A stretch of DNA of 58,512 bases from an uncultured beta proteobacterium. Lineage in GTDB: Bacteria > Pseudomonadota > Gammaproteobacteria > Burkholderiales > SG8-39. Under the pieces are notes generated by a model that worked only from the letters and a program-made list of their open reading frames with translations, had not been told where the DNA came from and searched no databases. Location: the NCBI GenBank assembly GCA_903899705.1, contig CAIUKQ010000222.1:1-58512 (forward strand). The letters are read 5' to 3'. Each line of letters opens with the position of its first letter. The stretch's first letter is position 1. Positions 28,261 through 38,678 of the stretch are shown here, one piece after another. The position numbers were made by a program, and so were the translations under genes.

Positions 28261-29163
28261 ATGAAACGCCTGCTGATTGTAGGGTGCGGGGACATCGCAA
28301 CTCGCGCGTTGCCGCTGCTTGCAAAAACCTTTCGACTCTCCGCCATCGCCCGATCCGCGGCCGATGTCGCTCGACTTCGCGCATTGGGCGTTGACGCCGA
28401 TTGTGCCGACCTCGACAACCCCGACACACTGGGTGGCGTGGACTTCGGCGTGGACTGCCTGCTGCATTGCGCGCCACCACCGAATGCCGGCGTGCTCGAC
28501 ACCCGCACTTTCAATCTGGTCGGTGCGCTCGCACGTGCGAATGAATCCACCCCCGGAAAAAGCGGCGCAATTCTACCACGACACATTGTTTACCTCAGCA
28601 CCAGCGGCGTGTACGGCGATTGCGCGGGCGCCTGGGTCGACGAGACGCGGGCGACGAAACCGGACACGCCCAGGGCCACGCGCCGCGTGGACGCGGAGCA
28701 TGCGTTGCAGGCATGGGCGGACGCGAGCAGTGCGAGCCTGGTGATCCTGCGGGTGCCGGGAATCTATTCGGCTGACCGCCTGCCCCTTTCCCGGCTGCGT
28801 GCCGGCACGCCAGTGCTGCGCGCCGAAGACGATGTGTTCAGCAATCACATTCATGCCGATGATCTGGCCGCCATCACTGCGGCGGCGCTCGAAGCAGAAT
28901 CGGTGAGCGGCATTTTCAACGCCTGCGATGATACGGAGATGAAGATGGGTGACTACTTCGATCTGGTTGCAACGAGGCACGGACTGCCGCTTCCCCCGCG
29001 CATCTTGCGCGCCGACGCGGCTGTGCGGGTGTCCCCGGACCTGCTTTCCTTCTGGAGCGAATCGCGCCGCCTCGTCAACCGGCGGATGAAAAAGGAGTTG
29101 GGCGTGCGGCTGCGGTATCCTACGGTTCGTGATGGCGTCCCGGTTCTTTCGGAGGCACATTGA
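28261..29163 (+). CDS. NAD-dependent epimerase/dehydratase (extended SDR)
   Basis: GCGDIA, YLSTSGVYGD, LRVPGIY, NHIHADDL. Confidence 0.88.
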   Translation: MKRLLIVGCGDIATRALPLLAKTFRLSAIARSAADVARLRALGVDADCADLDNPDTLGGVDFGVDCLLHCAPPPNAGVLDTRTFNLVGALARANESTPGKSGAILPRHIVYLSTSGVYGDCAGAWVDETRATKPDTPRATRRVDAEHALQAWADASSASLVILRVPGIYSADRLPLSRLRAGTPVLRAEDDVFSNHIHADDLAAITAAALEAESVSGIFNACDDTEMKMGDYFDLVATRHGLPLPPRILRADAAVRVSPDLLSFWSESRRLVNRRMKKELGVRLRYPTVRDGVPVLSEAH

Positions 29164-29489
29164 CCGTCGAAACGCTCCTGGTATTTACCAATCTCCCCTC
29201 AAGAGAGGCGGCTGAGAAAATGGCGCGCGATCTGGTGGAGCGCCGTCTGGCGGCCTGCGTCAATCTGCTGGCGCCCTGCCGTTCGGTGTATCGCTGGGAG
29301 GGAAAGGTGCAGGTCGTAGAAGAACATCCGATTCTGATCAAGACCACGCAGGATCGCTATGCGGCGCTCGAGGAGGTGATGCGGGCCTCCCACCCCTATG
29401 AGATTCCCGAGATTGTCGCGGTCCCGGTAGTGGCGGGTTTGTCCGCCTACCTTGAATGGGTCGAGTCCGAGACCCAGCCTCTGCACTGA
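29160..29489 (+). CDS. cutA: Divalent-cation tolerance protein CutA
   Basis: LAACVN, SVYRWEG, HPYEIPEI; upstream of dsbD. Confidence 0.93.
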   Translation: MTVETLLVFTNLPSREAAEKMARDLVERRLAACVNLLAPCRSVYRWEGKVQVVEEHPILIKTTQDRYAALEEVMRASHPYEIPEIVAVPVVAGLSAYLEWVESETQPLH

Positions 29490-29492
29490 TCC

Positions 29493-31343
29493 ATGCGTTT
29501 CACAATCCAGCTTCTGCTGCTCTTCTGCGCGATTTTCGCGTTGCCTGGCCATGCCGCCGGCACCGATGATCTGCTTGAGCCTGAAAAAGCGTTTCGCTTC
29601 TCTGCGCGTGCCATCGACCCGGGGACCATCGAAGTGTCCTACCGCATCGCCGATGGCCATTACCTGTATCGCGAGCGTTTCAAATTCGGCACCGACCCTG
29701 TGCTGGTCAAAACCGGATCCGCCGAATTTCCGAAAGGGCAGATTCACGACGACAAGTTTTTCGGGAGGACGGAAACCTATCGGGGTGAATTGCGCTTCCG
29801 GTTGCCGGTCGAGGACGCCGCGGGCCTTGAAAAATTCAGGCTGAAGGTCACCTCGCAGGGATGCGCGGATGCAGGCGTTTGCTATGTCCCCCAGGAGCAG
29901 AGCGCGGAAATCCGGCTTGCGGCGCTGTCGGTTGACACTCGAAATACAGACGCCCTGGCAAAGCTGGGCATTGGTTCGAGCGCCGGCAGCGAGACGGCAA
30001 ATTTCTCCACTCCGGCCGCGTCGGAAGCCTCGGGCGGCGGCGATGAAAGCAGCTTTGTCCAGGTGCTCGAATCCGGTCGCACATGGGCGGCGCTGGCCTT
30101 CTTCTTTGTCGCCGGCATTGCGCTGGCGTTCACGCCCTGTGTGTTGCCCATGATTCCCATCCTGTCAGGGATCATCGTCGGCGAGGGACGGTTTGCCACG
30201 AGAAAACGGGCGGTGCTGCTGTCGCTTTGCTATGTGCTCGGCATGGCCGTGACCTACACCGCGATCGGCGTGGCCGCGGCGCTATCGGGGCAGATGCTGG
30301 CAGCGACCCTGCAGAGCAGTTGGGTGCTTTGGACCTTTGCCCTGGTATTCGTGTTGTTGGCGCTGTCCATGTTCGGCTTCTATGACCTCAATCTGCCTTC
30401 GGGCCTGCACGCGAGGATCGCGTCTGCGGCCCACCGGTTGCCCGGGGGGCACTACGGCGGCGTGGCCATCATGGGAATGCTCTCCGCGGCGATCGTGAGT
30501 CCGTGTGTCGCAGCGCCCCTGGCGGGGGCGCTGCTCTACATCAGCCAGACGCGCGATGTCTGGCTGGGCGGTTCGGCATTGATGGCAATGGCGCTTGGCA
30601 TGGGTGTTCCCCTTATGGTGGTCGGCGTCTCCGAGGGTGAGTTGCTGCCCCGCTCCGGCCCCTGGATGAAAACCATCAAGCAGGTGTTCGGTGCGCTGCT
30701 GCTCGGCGTTGCCGTGTGGATTGTCTCGCCGGTGATTCCGGTGGTCGCCCAGATGGTGGCCTGGGGATCCCTGCTGATCGTGTGCGCCATGTATCTGAGG
30801 GCCATTGATCATCTGCCCGCGAACATCAACCCATGGGCGCGTCTTTGGAAAGGTCTGGGAATCATTGCCTTGCTGGCGGGCGCCGCGATGGTCATCGGCG
30901 CGCTGGCGGGAAGCCGCGACCCGTTGCACCCGCTTGCCGGACTGATGGCGGACGGCGCAGCGTCGGCCGGGGAAGTCCGCTTCGAGCGCATCCGGAGTGT
31001 TGCCGAACTCGACGCCCGCCTTGCAGGCTCAGGACAACCGGTGATGCTCGATTTCTATGCGGACTGGTGTGTCAGCTGCAAGGAAATGGAGCGGTTCACG
31101 TTCAGTGATGCGCAGGTGCGTGAACGCCTCTCGGAGATGACTCTGCTTCGGGTCGATGTCACGGGCAACTCCGCCGAGGACAGCGCGCTGCTGAAACGCT
31201 TTCGCCTGTTTGGGCCGCCCGGCATCATTTTTTTCGACGCCACCGGGCGCGAAATCGACGGGCTTCGGGTGATTGGCTATCAGGATGCCGCGCGGTTCAC
31301 ACGGGTCCTAGACCGCGCCATCGGTCCTCCTGGTTCCATCTGA
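29493..31343 (+). CDS. dsbD: Thiol:disulfide interchange protein DsbD
   Basis: GCADAGVCY N-domain, TPCVLPM and SPC in the membrane domain, thioredoxin WCVSC. Confidence 0.95.
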   Translation: MRFTIQLLLLFCAIFALPGHAAGTDDLLEPEKAFRFSARAIDPGTIEVSYRIADGHYLYRERFKFGTDPVLVKTGSAEFPKGQIHDDKFFGRTETYRGELRFRLPVEDAAGLEKFRLKVTSQGCADAGVCYVPQEQSAEIRLAALSVDTRNTDALAKLGIGSSAGSETANFSTPAASEASGGGDESSFVQVLESGRTWAALAFFFVAGIALAFTPCVLPMIPILSGIIVGEGRFATRKRAVLLSLCYVLGMAVTYTAIGVAAALSGQMLAATLQSSWVLWTFALVFVLLALSMFGFYDLNLPSGLHARIASAAHRLPGGHYGGVAIMGMLSAAIVSPCVAAPLAGALLYISQTRDVWLGGSALMAMALGMGVPLMVVGVSEGELLPRSGPWMKTIKQVFGALLLGVAVWIVSPVIPVVAQMVAWGSLLIVCAMYLRAIDHLPANINPWARLWKGLGIIALLAGAAMVIGALAGSRDPLHPLAGLMADGAASAGEVRFERIRSVAELDARLAGSGQPVMLDFYADWCVSCKEMERFTFSDAQVRERLSEMTLLRVDVTGNSAEDSALLKRFRLFGPPGIIFFDATGREIDGLRVIGYQDAARFTRVLDRAIGPPGSI

Positions 31344-31348
31344 CCTCG

Positions 31349-32425
31349 TCATTCCGGCTCACGTTCGCGCGCTCCCGCGAATCCCAGAACATACAGCAGC
31401 GCGGCAAACGGCCAAGCCGCCGACAGCACGCGCGTGAAGCCGTTGAAATTGAGGAAATGCCCTTGCTGCCAGTCCGCGAGGGCCGCCAGAAAATAGGGGT
31501 TTTCCGGCGCAAAATTTACCAGTGCCGTTGCCGCCATCAGTGCGAGTCCGCAGAGCATGACTTTGACCGTGCGCGAAAACATCACGGAAACCATGACAAT
31601 CAGGACGCCGCCTGCGAGACCGAGCGCCGCGCCCGGTGTGAGCCAGTCGAAAAGGTTCTGTGAACTGAACAGAAGCCCGTAGGAAAGCGTCCGGACGCCC
31701 AGTGCGGCGGCGAGCAATGCGCCAAAAAGCGCTCGCGCCGGCTGGCCGCGCCCCGCCAGCAGGGCAAGGAGGAGTCCCACGGCGACCGTGTTGCTGCCGA
31801 CGACCAGCGCCTCGAAGCGAATGAAGATTTCAGCGGGATGCAGCTCCCCAAGGGGTTGCGAAAACACCGCACGCAGATCGCCGTTGCCAAAGAGTGATGT
31901 GCCCGGATACAACAGCGATATCAACCACAGTCCCAGCAGCACCAACCCGAGATCGACCCGTGCGCCATCGCGAAACAGCCGGTAGCGCAGTGCCTGCAGG
32001 CCGTCATCGCGAAGCAGGCGCCGGGTGAACAGACTGCCGGCGGCGGCGCCGAGCGTGCTCCCGAGCAGGTTGGCGGCGAGATCGAAGTTCGAAGGTATCC
32101 GGGTGGGGAGAAATTGCTGGAGAGTCTCCAGGCTGAAGGACATGAGTAAGCCGGCAAAAATCGCCCCCAGCAATGCTCTCGCGCCACGCCATTTCGGGTG
32201 CATGGCCAGAATCAGGAGCATCCCCATCGGAACGTAGGCGGCGATATTTGCGATGATGTCGAACACTTCGATGTATCGCGGCGCGGGCGCGACGAGGAAT
32301 TCAAAAAGCGGTGCGCCCGGATCCCGCCATCCGGAAAAGGGATTCAGGCTGGCATAGACAATCAGCAGCGCGTAGGCAACAAGCAGGTAACGCGCAAGCG
32401 GGGAGTGTCGGTCTCCGTAGGCCAT
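31349..32425 (-). CDS. VanZ family membrane protein
   Basis: YASLNPF, NIAAYVP, ETLQQFLPTR..S..DL..N. Confidence 0.82.
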   Translation of the reverse strand: MAYGDRHSPLARYLLVAYALLIVYASLNPFSGWRDPGAPLFEFLVAPAPRYIEVFDIIANIAAYVPMGMLLILAMHPKWRGARALLGAIFAGLLMSFSLETLQQFLPTRIPSNFDLAANLLGSTLGAAAGSLFTRRLLRDDGLQALRYRLFRDGARVDLGLVLLGLWLISLLYPGTSLFGNGDLRAVFSQPLGELHPAEIFIRFEALVVGSNTVAVGLLLALLAGRGQPARALFGALLAAALGVRTLSYGLLFSSQNLFDWLTPGAALGLAGGVLIVMVSVMFSRTVKVMLCGLALMAATALVNFAPENPYFLAALADWQQGHFLNFNGFTRVLSAAWPFAALLYVLGFAGAREREPE

Positions 32426-33966
32426 CAGCGCATCAGCGTGGCAAACATCTGCCAGGCGAGCAGGACGGCCAGAAGTCCAACCGCCCAGGTCAGCAGGGCG
32501 TTGCGCCGGCGCTCCTCGACATACAGGCCGCGAAGCATCTTGTCGAAATCGTCCATGCGATCCGCGGCCAGCAGCTTGTGAAGTAGGCGGGGAAGCTGGG
32601 GGATGAGCGTCGCCCAGCGGGGAGCTTCAACCTTGATTGAATGAACCAGTCCCCTCCAGCCCATCTGTTCGCTCATCCAGCGTTCAAGATAGGGCTTTGC
32701 GGTTTTCCAGAGATCAAGTTCCGGATCTAAATCCCTGCCCAGGCCTTCGATGTTGAGCAGGGTTTTCTGCAGCATCACCAGTTGCGGCTGGATTTCAACG
32801 CCGAAACGCCGCGACGTCTGGAATAGGCGCAGCAGCACATGGCCGAACTTGATCTCCTTCAGGGGCCTGTCGAATATCGGTTCGCACACCGCCCGTATGG
32901 CCGACTCCAGCTCGTCAATGCGGGTCGCCGCGGGTACCCAGCCGGCTTCAAGGTGCGCCTCGGCCACGCGCTTGTAATCACGCTGAAAGAACGCCAGAAA
33001 ATTGGCAGCCAGATAGTTCTTGTCGACATCGGTCAGCGTTCCCATGATGCCGAAATCAAGTGCGATGAATTGCCCGGTGCTCGACACGAGGATGTTTCCG
33101 GGATGCATGTCGGCGTGAAAATAGCCGTCACGAAACACCTGGGCGAAGAAGATGTCCACGCCGGTGCGGGCGAGCTTTGGAATATCCACGCCCTGTTCGC
33201 GAAGCTTTGCGACCTGGGAGATGGGAGTGCCCCGCATGCGCTGCATGGTCATCACCGAAGGGGCGCAAAAATCCCAGTAGATCTCCGGTACTGCAATCTG
33301 CGGCGAACCCGCGAAATTGCGTCGCAGCTGGTTGGCGTTGGCGGCTTCGCGCATCAGGTCGAGCTCGTCATGCAGGTGCCTGGAAAATTCAGCCACCACG
33401 GCGCGCGGCCGCAGCCGCTTGCCATCGGCAAACAGGTGTTCGATCAGCCATGCGGCGCTGTCGAGCAGGCCCAGATCGCGGTGAATCACCGGCAGCATGC
33501 CAGGGCGCAATATTTTTACTGCCGCGTCCGTTCCGTCTGGCAGGACGGCAAAATGCACCTGGGCGATGGATGCGCTCGCCACCGGCTGTGCGTCGAAGCT
33601 GGCAAAAATATCTGTAATTGGGCGACCGAACGAGCGCTCGATTTCTGCGCGCGCCTGTTCATTGGGAAAGGGCGGCACCTGATCCTGCAGTTTGGCCAGT
33701 TCATCCGCGATGTCAATCGGAAGCAGATCGCGCCGCGTGGAGAGCATCTGACCGAATTTCACGAAAATCGGACCCAGCGCTTCCAGGGCAAGGCGCAGCC
33801 GTACCGCGCGCGGCGCCGACAGATCGCGATAGGGCAGCAGTTTGACGACGAGGAGCGCGATGCGTCCACCGCGATCGGCGGCGGCGTCGCCAAAAAATGC
33901 ATATTCATCCAGACCGTAGCGCAGGGCGATGCGGATGATTTTCAGCAGACGAACTAATCGACCCAA
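32425..33966 (-). CDS. ubiB: Ubiquinone biosynthesis protein kinase-like UbiB
   Basis: [32 protein letters not shown]. Confidence 0.95.
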   Translation of the reverse strand: MGRLVRLLKIIRIALRYGLDEYAFFGDAAADRGGRIALLVVKLLPYRDLSAPRAVRLRLALEALGPIFVKFGQMLSTRRDLLPIDIADELAKLQDQVPPFPNEQARAEIERSFGRPITDIFASFDAQPVASASIAQVHFAVLPDGTDAAVKILRPGMLPVIHRDLGLLDSAAWLIEHLFADGKRLRPRAVVAEFSRHLHDELDLMREAANANQLRRNFAGSPQIAVPEIYWDFCAPSVMTMQRMRGTPISQVAKLREQGVDIPKLARTGVDIFFAQVFRDGYFHADMHPGNILVSSTGQFIALDFGIMGTLTDVDKNYLAANFLAFFQRDYKRVAEAHLEAGWVPAATRIDELESAIRAVCEPIFDRPLKEIKFGHVLLRLFQTSRRFGVEIQPQLVMLQKTLLNIEGLGRDLDPELDLWKTAKPYLERWMSEQMGWRGLVHSIKVEAPRWATLIPQLPRLLHKLLAADRMDDFDKMLRGLYVEERRRNALLTWAVGLLAVLLAWQMFATLMR

Positions 33967-34002
33967 GGGATTTGCCTTATCGGAATGGCGGGGGAGGGCA
34001 TT

Positions 34003-34599
34003 TCAAACGCCGGTCCCGGATGCTGATTTCACCAATGTACTGAAGCGCATCTCAAAACCGTCGAGCTCTTTCTCAAGCATGTCCAGATCGAGCACGAAGC
34101 GGTCAAACTCTGTCCGTCGAACGAGCATTGGATTCTCTTCGGTCAGGTACTCGGCGAAATTTTCCGCCGTTCGTTGAAAGGCTTCACGCTGCCAGCCAAT
34201 GAAATCCCGGCCCGCTGCCGCAATCCGATGGGCTGCAATGTCGCCGACAATGCGGGACAGGTCTTCCTCGGGGTCCCATGCAAGGCCTGTGACCAGTTTC
34301 TGCACCACCGACGCCAGTGCGGCATTGCCCGAGAGTTCGACGTGCTTAAGCGCATCCGGGTCGTGGGCCAGCAACAGCGGTATGGCCCGGGGTTGCAGCA
34401 AAACAAGGAGATCCGCATCGGTCTCGGTCGCGTCGAGGGAAATCAAACCGGAGTCCATGATCAGCGGCGTCAAATCAGGAAAAACAGGCGGTGATTTCAA
34501 ATGAATCCGTCGACCGGCATGGACAGCCAGTTGCAGGCGAGCCCAGGACTGCTGCTGCAACAAGTGGTTGACGAAAGAGGAAAAGGCTTTTGGAATCAT
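34003..34599 (-). CDS. ubiJ: Ubiquinone biosynthesis accessory factor UbiJ (SCP2)
   Basis: NHLL, WDPEEDLSRIVGDIAAHR, EYLTEE; lies between ubiE/Tim44 and ubiB. Confidence 0.85.
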   Translation of the reverse strand: MIPKAFSSFVNHLLQQQSWARLQLAVHAGRRIHLKSPPVFPDLTPLIMDSGLISLDATETDADLLVLLQPRAIPLLLAHDPDALKHVELSGNAALASVVQKLVTGLAWDPEEDLSRIVGDIAAHRIAAAGRDFIGWQREAFQRTAENFAEYLTEENPMLVRRTEFDRFVLDLDMLEKELDGFEMRFSTLVKSASGTGV

Positions 34600-34652
34600 C
34601 GGTCCGGGTAGCGTAATCGAAAATCGGCCCCGATAGCCAAAAACGCGAGCCG

Positions 34653-34676
34653 AAAAAAAAGCCGCCCACAGGCGGC
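34653..34676 (-). terminator. Rho-independent terminator after the Tim44 gene
   Basis: Minus strand GCCGCC-tgtg-GGCGGC followed by T8. Confidence 0.8.
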
Positions 34677-34694
34677 CTTGTTGGAACGCCGGAT

Positions 34695-35564
34695 TCAGGA
34701 AACCTGCTGAATTCCCGCAAGCTGCCATCCGGTGTTTCCCGCGACGGGTTTTTGCAGATGCCAGATCTCCTGGAACGCCTGGGCGACCGCACTGCCGTCG
34801 TCGCTGGAAGAGCCGGTGAAACTCAGGCTGGCAAAATGTTTGTCGCCCTCGGTGACCACTTCTATCAACGTTGCATCCAGTGAGTCTATCCGTGTGTGTT
34901 GTGGCGCTCCGCGACGGGCAACGACATCGGTTCTCAGGTTTTCGAACATTTCAGCGTTGCAAACATCACGCAATGTGTCCAGATCACCGCGGTCATTGGC
35001 TTCCTGCAATCTCAGGAAATTGATCTTTGCCTGTTTGACGAAGCCGGGCACATCGAAGCCGGCCGGCACATTCGGACGCGCCAGAGCGGCACCCCCGCCA
35101 AATCCGGTGCCTGGGGCGGATTGCGGCGCTGGAATTTCCTGCGGCCCGATGCCTGCATATTGCATCGTCTGTCCTGGCCCGGGATTCATTTGCCTCGCCA
35201 TTTCATTGCGACGCGTATAGATGCGCATCAGGGCGATCAGAACAACACCACCGAGTAGCGCGAGGATGACACCGCCCATGGCGCCGCCGAATCCCCCCTG
35301 CGAGATCATCCAGCCCAATCCGAGCCCGGCTGCCAGGCCAGCGATTGGCCCAAGCCACCGGTTTCCGCCAGCGGCGGGCGCGGCCGAAGGCGCCGCGGGT
35401 GCGGTCGCCGGAGTCGCCTGCTGAGGGGCGCTTCTGGGGGGGGGGGTGACCGAGCGCTGAATGCCCATGGTCCGGCCTCCGCCAACCCTGGCGGCTTCCG
35501 CGGTAGGGGCGTAAATGCCGGCGATCAGGCTACCGGCCATCAACAGCGTCAATAAGGTTTTCAT
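34695..35564 (-). CDS. Tim44-like domain protein
   Basis: Signal plus ARVGGGR..G, WLGPIAGLAAGLGL, C-terminal F.RLQ...EIWHL..W.LAGIQQ; GGAGG RBS. Confidence 0.88.
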   Translation of the reverse strand: MKTLLTLLMAGSLIAGIYAPTAEAARVGGGRTMGIQRSVTPPPRSAPQQATPATAPAAPSAAPAAGGNRWLGPIAGLAAGLGLGWMISQGGFGGAMGGVILALLGGVVLIALMRIYTRRNEMARQMNPGPGQTMQYAGIGPQEIPAPQSAPGTGFGGGAALARPNVPAGFDVPGFVKQAKINFLRLQEANDRGDLDTLRDVCNAEMFENLRTDVVARRGAPQHTRIDSLDATLIEVVTEGDKHFASLSFTGSSSDDGSAVAQAFQEIWHLQKPVAGNTGWQLAGIQQVS

Positions 35565-35692
35565 CGTTAAATCCTCCTGGATTCTTTTCGCTGGGATACC
35601 CAACTGGAGCTTGCTTTGAACCGGATCTGTAACGTGACGGGAAAACGAAGAGTCTTCAAGGTGGGGGCAAAACCGGCGGATTGCAAGCCTTC

Positions 35693-36427
35693 TCAATACT
35701 TGAGGCCTCGGTGCAGCGCTACCGCGCCAGCCGCCAAATTGAAGTATTCGACGTCTTCCAACCCTGCGCTTTCGAGCAGGGATTGTAGACCTTTCTGATC
35801 GGGATGCACGCGTATGGATTCCGCCAGATACCGATAGCTGGCTTCGTCCCGGGCAATTCTCTGCCCGAGCCATGGAAGAATATTGAATGAATACCAGTCA
35901 TAGGCAGGAGCCAGGGGCGACCAGATTCGCGAGAATTCCAATACCAGCACCCTGCCCCCGGGTTTTGTGACGCGTCGCATTTCAGCCAGCGCCTCTTCCT
36001 TGTGCGTCATGTTGCGAAGCCCGAAAGCCACGCAGACACAATGGAAATAATCCGAGGGAAAGGGGAGGTGTTCGGCATCGCATTGCACCACCGGCATGAG
36101 CAATCCCCGGTCCAGCAGACGGTCGCGCCCGGCTTCCAGCATGGGGCGGTTGATATCGGTCAACCAGACCTCGCCCTGCGGTCCCACCTTTTCCGCGAAA
36201 GCGCGCGTCATGTCCCCGGTGCCACCGGCGACATCGAGCACGCGTGATCCACTCCTGGCGCCGCTTTGCGATACTGCGAAAGCCTTCCACGCCCTGTGCA
36301 TGCCGGCGGACATGAGGTCATTCATCAAGTCGTATTTGCCTGCAACCGAGGAAAATACGCCGCCCACGCGATGCCCTTTCTCGTCCTCGTCGACACTTTC
36401 GTAGCCAAAATGCGTGGTTTTCGGCAT
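35693..36427 (-). CDS. ubiE: Ubiquinone/menaquinone C-methyltransferase UbiE
   Basis: [35 protein letters not shown]. Confidence 0.96.
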   Translation of the reverse strand: MPKTTHFGYESVDEDEKGHRVGGVFSSVAGKYDLMNDLMSAGMHRAWKAFAVSQSGARSGSRVLDVAGGTGDMTRAFAEKVGPQGEVWLTDINRPMLEAGRDRLLDRGLLMPVVQCDAEHLPFPSDYFHCVCVAFGLRNMTHKEEALAEMRRVTKPGGRVLVLEFSRIWSPLAPAYDWYSFNILPWLGQRIARDEASYRYLAESIRVHPDQKGLQSLLESAGLEDVEYFNLAAGAVALHRGLKY

Positions 36428-36430
36428 TGC

Positions 36431-36802
36431 TCAGTGTTCCCTTGAAGCGCCTGCGGCGGCCAGACGCCCCAGATATTCCTTCCAACGCTTGTCCATGCTG
36501 ATGCCCAGCTCGTACAGATAGTCCCAGGAATAGATGCCGGTATCGTGCCCATCGGAAAACCGGGGTTGAATCGCATAACTGCCGACAGCCTCAACGGCCA
36601 GTATCCCGACATTCATCTTCCCGGTTTGCAACACTTCCTGCCCGTGACCGTGACCGCGGACTTCGGCCGAGGGTGAATACACCCGCAGGAATTCGAAAGG
36701 AAGCGAGAAACGCATTCCGTTGGCGAAACTGATCTCCATCAGACGGGATTTCTGATGAAGCTTGATCTCTGTGGGAATGGGGGTGTCGGATTCGCTGGTC
36801 AT
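36431..36802 (-). CDS. DUF971 / gamma-butyrobetaine hydroxylase N-like protein
   Basis: EFLRVYSPSAEVRGHG, FSDGHDTGIYSWDYL. Confidence 0.88.
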   Translation of the reverse strand: MTSESDTPIPTEIKLHQKSRLMEISFANGMRFSLPFEFLRVYSPSAEVRGHGHGQEVLQTGKMNVGILAVEAVGSYAIQPRFSDGHDTGIYSWDYLYELGISMDKRWKEYLGRLAAAGASREH

Positions 36803-36917
36803 GGCGGGCGGAAGTATGAACGAATTTGACTCCAACGGCGCTCGGCATGAAAAGCCTACCGATCAAAAGCCCAGGGGCGCGTATTCCCCTGCGGTTCACG
36901 CCGTTCGCAAACCGTCA

Positions 36918-38504
36918 TCACCCCCCGCTGATGGCGGTAAAGCCCACGCGCTGATAGTCGTTGCCCCGTTCGATTACCTCGTCCAGCCGGACGCGAAACT
37001 GCTCGTCCTGCAGTTTCAGATCGAGCTCCCTGCCGTGCTGGTACCAGCCGATGGGAACGACAAGGTTGGGCGCGAGTCCCTTGGACAGGGGCAGGACAAA
37101 CGCCTGGGTCCAGGCGCCGCCGTTGCCGGGAACGCCGGTCGCCCCACGGAGCGCGCACGCTTGCGGCAATCCGGGCATGGCCTTTGCGCCCATCTCGAGC
37201 CTGTCCGACTCGACTCCGTTCTGGTTCAACCAGCGGACATCACAGAGAATGTACTGGCCTGCACCGCGTGGGCGCAAGGCCACCAGTTGCCGGTGTGCGA
37301 GCCGTGCGCCGGCGCCGCTTCGCTGCAAACGGAACCCGTTCGCGGATTCATCCAGTGTTTCCCAACGCTCGGCCTTCACCTCGCATTTCTGGGTGGCCAG
37401 AGCCGTCGCGATCTTGTGGAAAAGGTGAATCTGTTCGACCTGCTGACGGGTGTAGTTCCAGGGAGATACATCATTGTCGAACGTCGTGCCCGCTATGGCG
37501 CGATGAATCTCCGCGAAGCTTGCCACCAGTTCAATCTGGCCTGAGGAGGCGCGTCGTGGAAACTGCCGCACCTTGGGCGCGTCGTTCCAGCAGTGAAGCA
37601 GGGTGTTGAGCAGTTCCCTGGCGGCAAATGGCGGACAGTCCTTTCCAAGGTGCAACTCCTCGGGCGTGGCGCCCGCTTCAAGTTTTCTGATTCGGGATCG
37701 AATCGACCGCCGCAGTTCTTCGCAATCGATAAAACGCAATGCGCCGCCCGGGGTGCCCGCCGCCACCCATTGCGCGCCTACGTCCGAGGCAAAATCGACG
37801 GCCAGGCCGCCGCCATCCGCCGCCGACCGCCACAGGCGCGCCTTGCCCGCCCAGCGCGCTGACCAGCGCCTGGACCACTCGAATTCGCGTTGCGACAACG
37901 CCGCCGGATTGGCCAACTGAAGAAGCAGTACCCGCATGTATATCGCCATGCAGGTCAGGGAATTGGCATTGTCTTCGTTTGCGATTTCGGTTTCGGCCAT
38001 GTCCTCCTTTTCCACGAATTCATAGGCCTGGTGCAGCCAGCACCAATGCTCTGCAGAAACGCATTGTCGTGCTGCAAGGTATTCCATGATCAGCCCGGCA
38101 ATGCATTCCAGTGTTCGCAGCGCGAGCCGGGACCGGACCGGCGCCAGCGCCGGCTTGTTCCACCCGGTCCGCATCAGTCGTCGCCAGGCGCGAATCTGGG
38201 CGAGCCACAGATCGCGACTACGCAGAAACGCCGAAGCTTCCGCGGGGGCGAGCGGCAGGGGCTTTCCGGCATAGCGCCGGGATTGCTCTTCCAGCGCGAC
38301 CCGCATGGGCTTTCGCAGCCTCTCCATGATCTGCGCGCACACAAGCGCAGACGGCGGGGCATCCTCCAGTTGATCAAGCAATCCGATGAAAGCCGCGCAG
38401 GCGCGGTCGGAGTCGGTGATGCGCTCGCGCGTCAACCACCTGTCGCAACTGGCAAGGTCGGCGAGAATGGGGCGCGAGGCGGGAAGAAAATCGCTGTGCT
38501 GCAT
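36918..38504 (-). CDS. FimW-like protein with PilZ-type motifs (paralogue A)
   Basis: RQFPR (RxxxR) and DESANG (DxSxxG); resembles the adjacent paralogue along its length. Confidence 0.65.
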   Translation of the reverse strand: MQHSDFLPASRPILADLASCDRWLTRERITDSDRACAAFIGLLDQLEDAPPSALVCAQIMERLRKPMRVALEEQSRRYAGKPLPLAPAEASAFLRSRDLWLAQIRAWRRLMRTGWNKPALAPVRSRLALRTLECIAGLIMEYLAARQCVSAEHWCWLHQAYEFVEKEDMAETEIANEDNANSLTCMAIYMRVLLLQLANPAALSQREFEWSRRWSARWAGKARLWRSAADGGGLAVDFASDVGAQWVAAGTPGGALRFIDCEELRRSIRSRIRKLEAGATPEELHLGKDCPPFAARELLNTLLHCWNDAPKVRQFPRRASSGQIELVASFAEIHRAIAGTTFDNDVSPWNYTRQQVEQIHLFHKIATALATQKCEVKAERWETLDESANGFRLQRSGAGARLAHRQLVALRPRGAGQYILCDVRWLNQNGVESDRLEMGAKAMPGLPQACALRGATGVPGNGGAWTQAFVLPLSKGLAPNLVVPIGWYQHGRELDLKLQDEQFRVRLDEVIERGNDYQRVGFTAISGG

Positions 38505-38678
38505 GGAAGACTCCAGTCTAGATTGGCGCCCTCCCGCGCCGATTCAGCAATTCCGCAACCGCTCGGGAGTCTTTGCCCCCTGTTTTCCTGATTTCGTCAT
38601 GCGAGTATTTTGGGGATCAGCTCTTTGGCCAATTCCTTTCGCAAACCGCCGCGCATCCAGCCGCCAAGCGGACGTCCA

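Noticed and set aside
31349-32425. VanZ as a glycopeptide-resistance determinant
   Set aside because: A broad membrane family; here it is coupled to ubiB with no van cluster.
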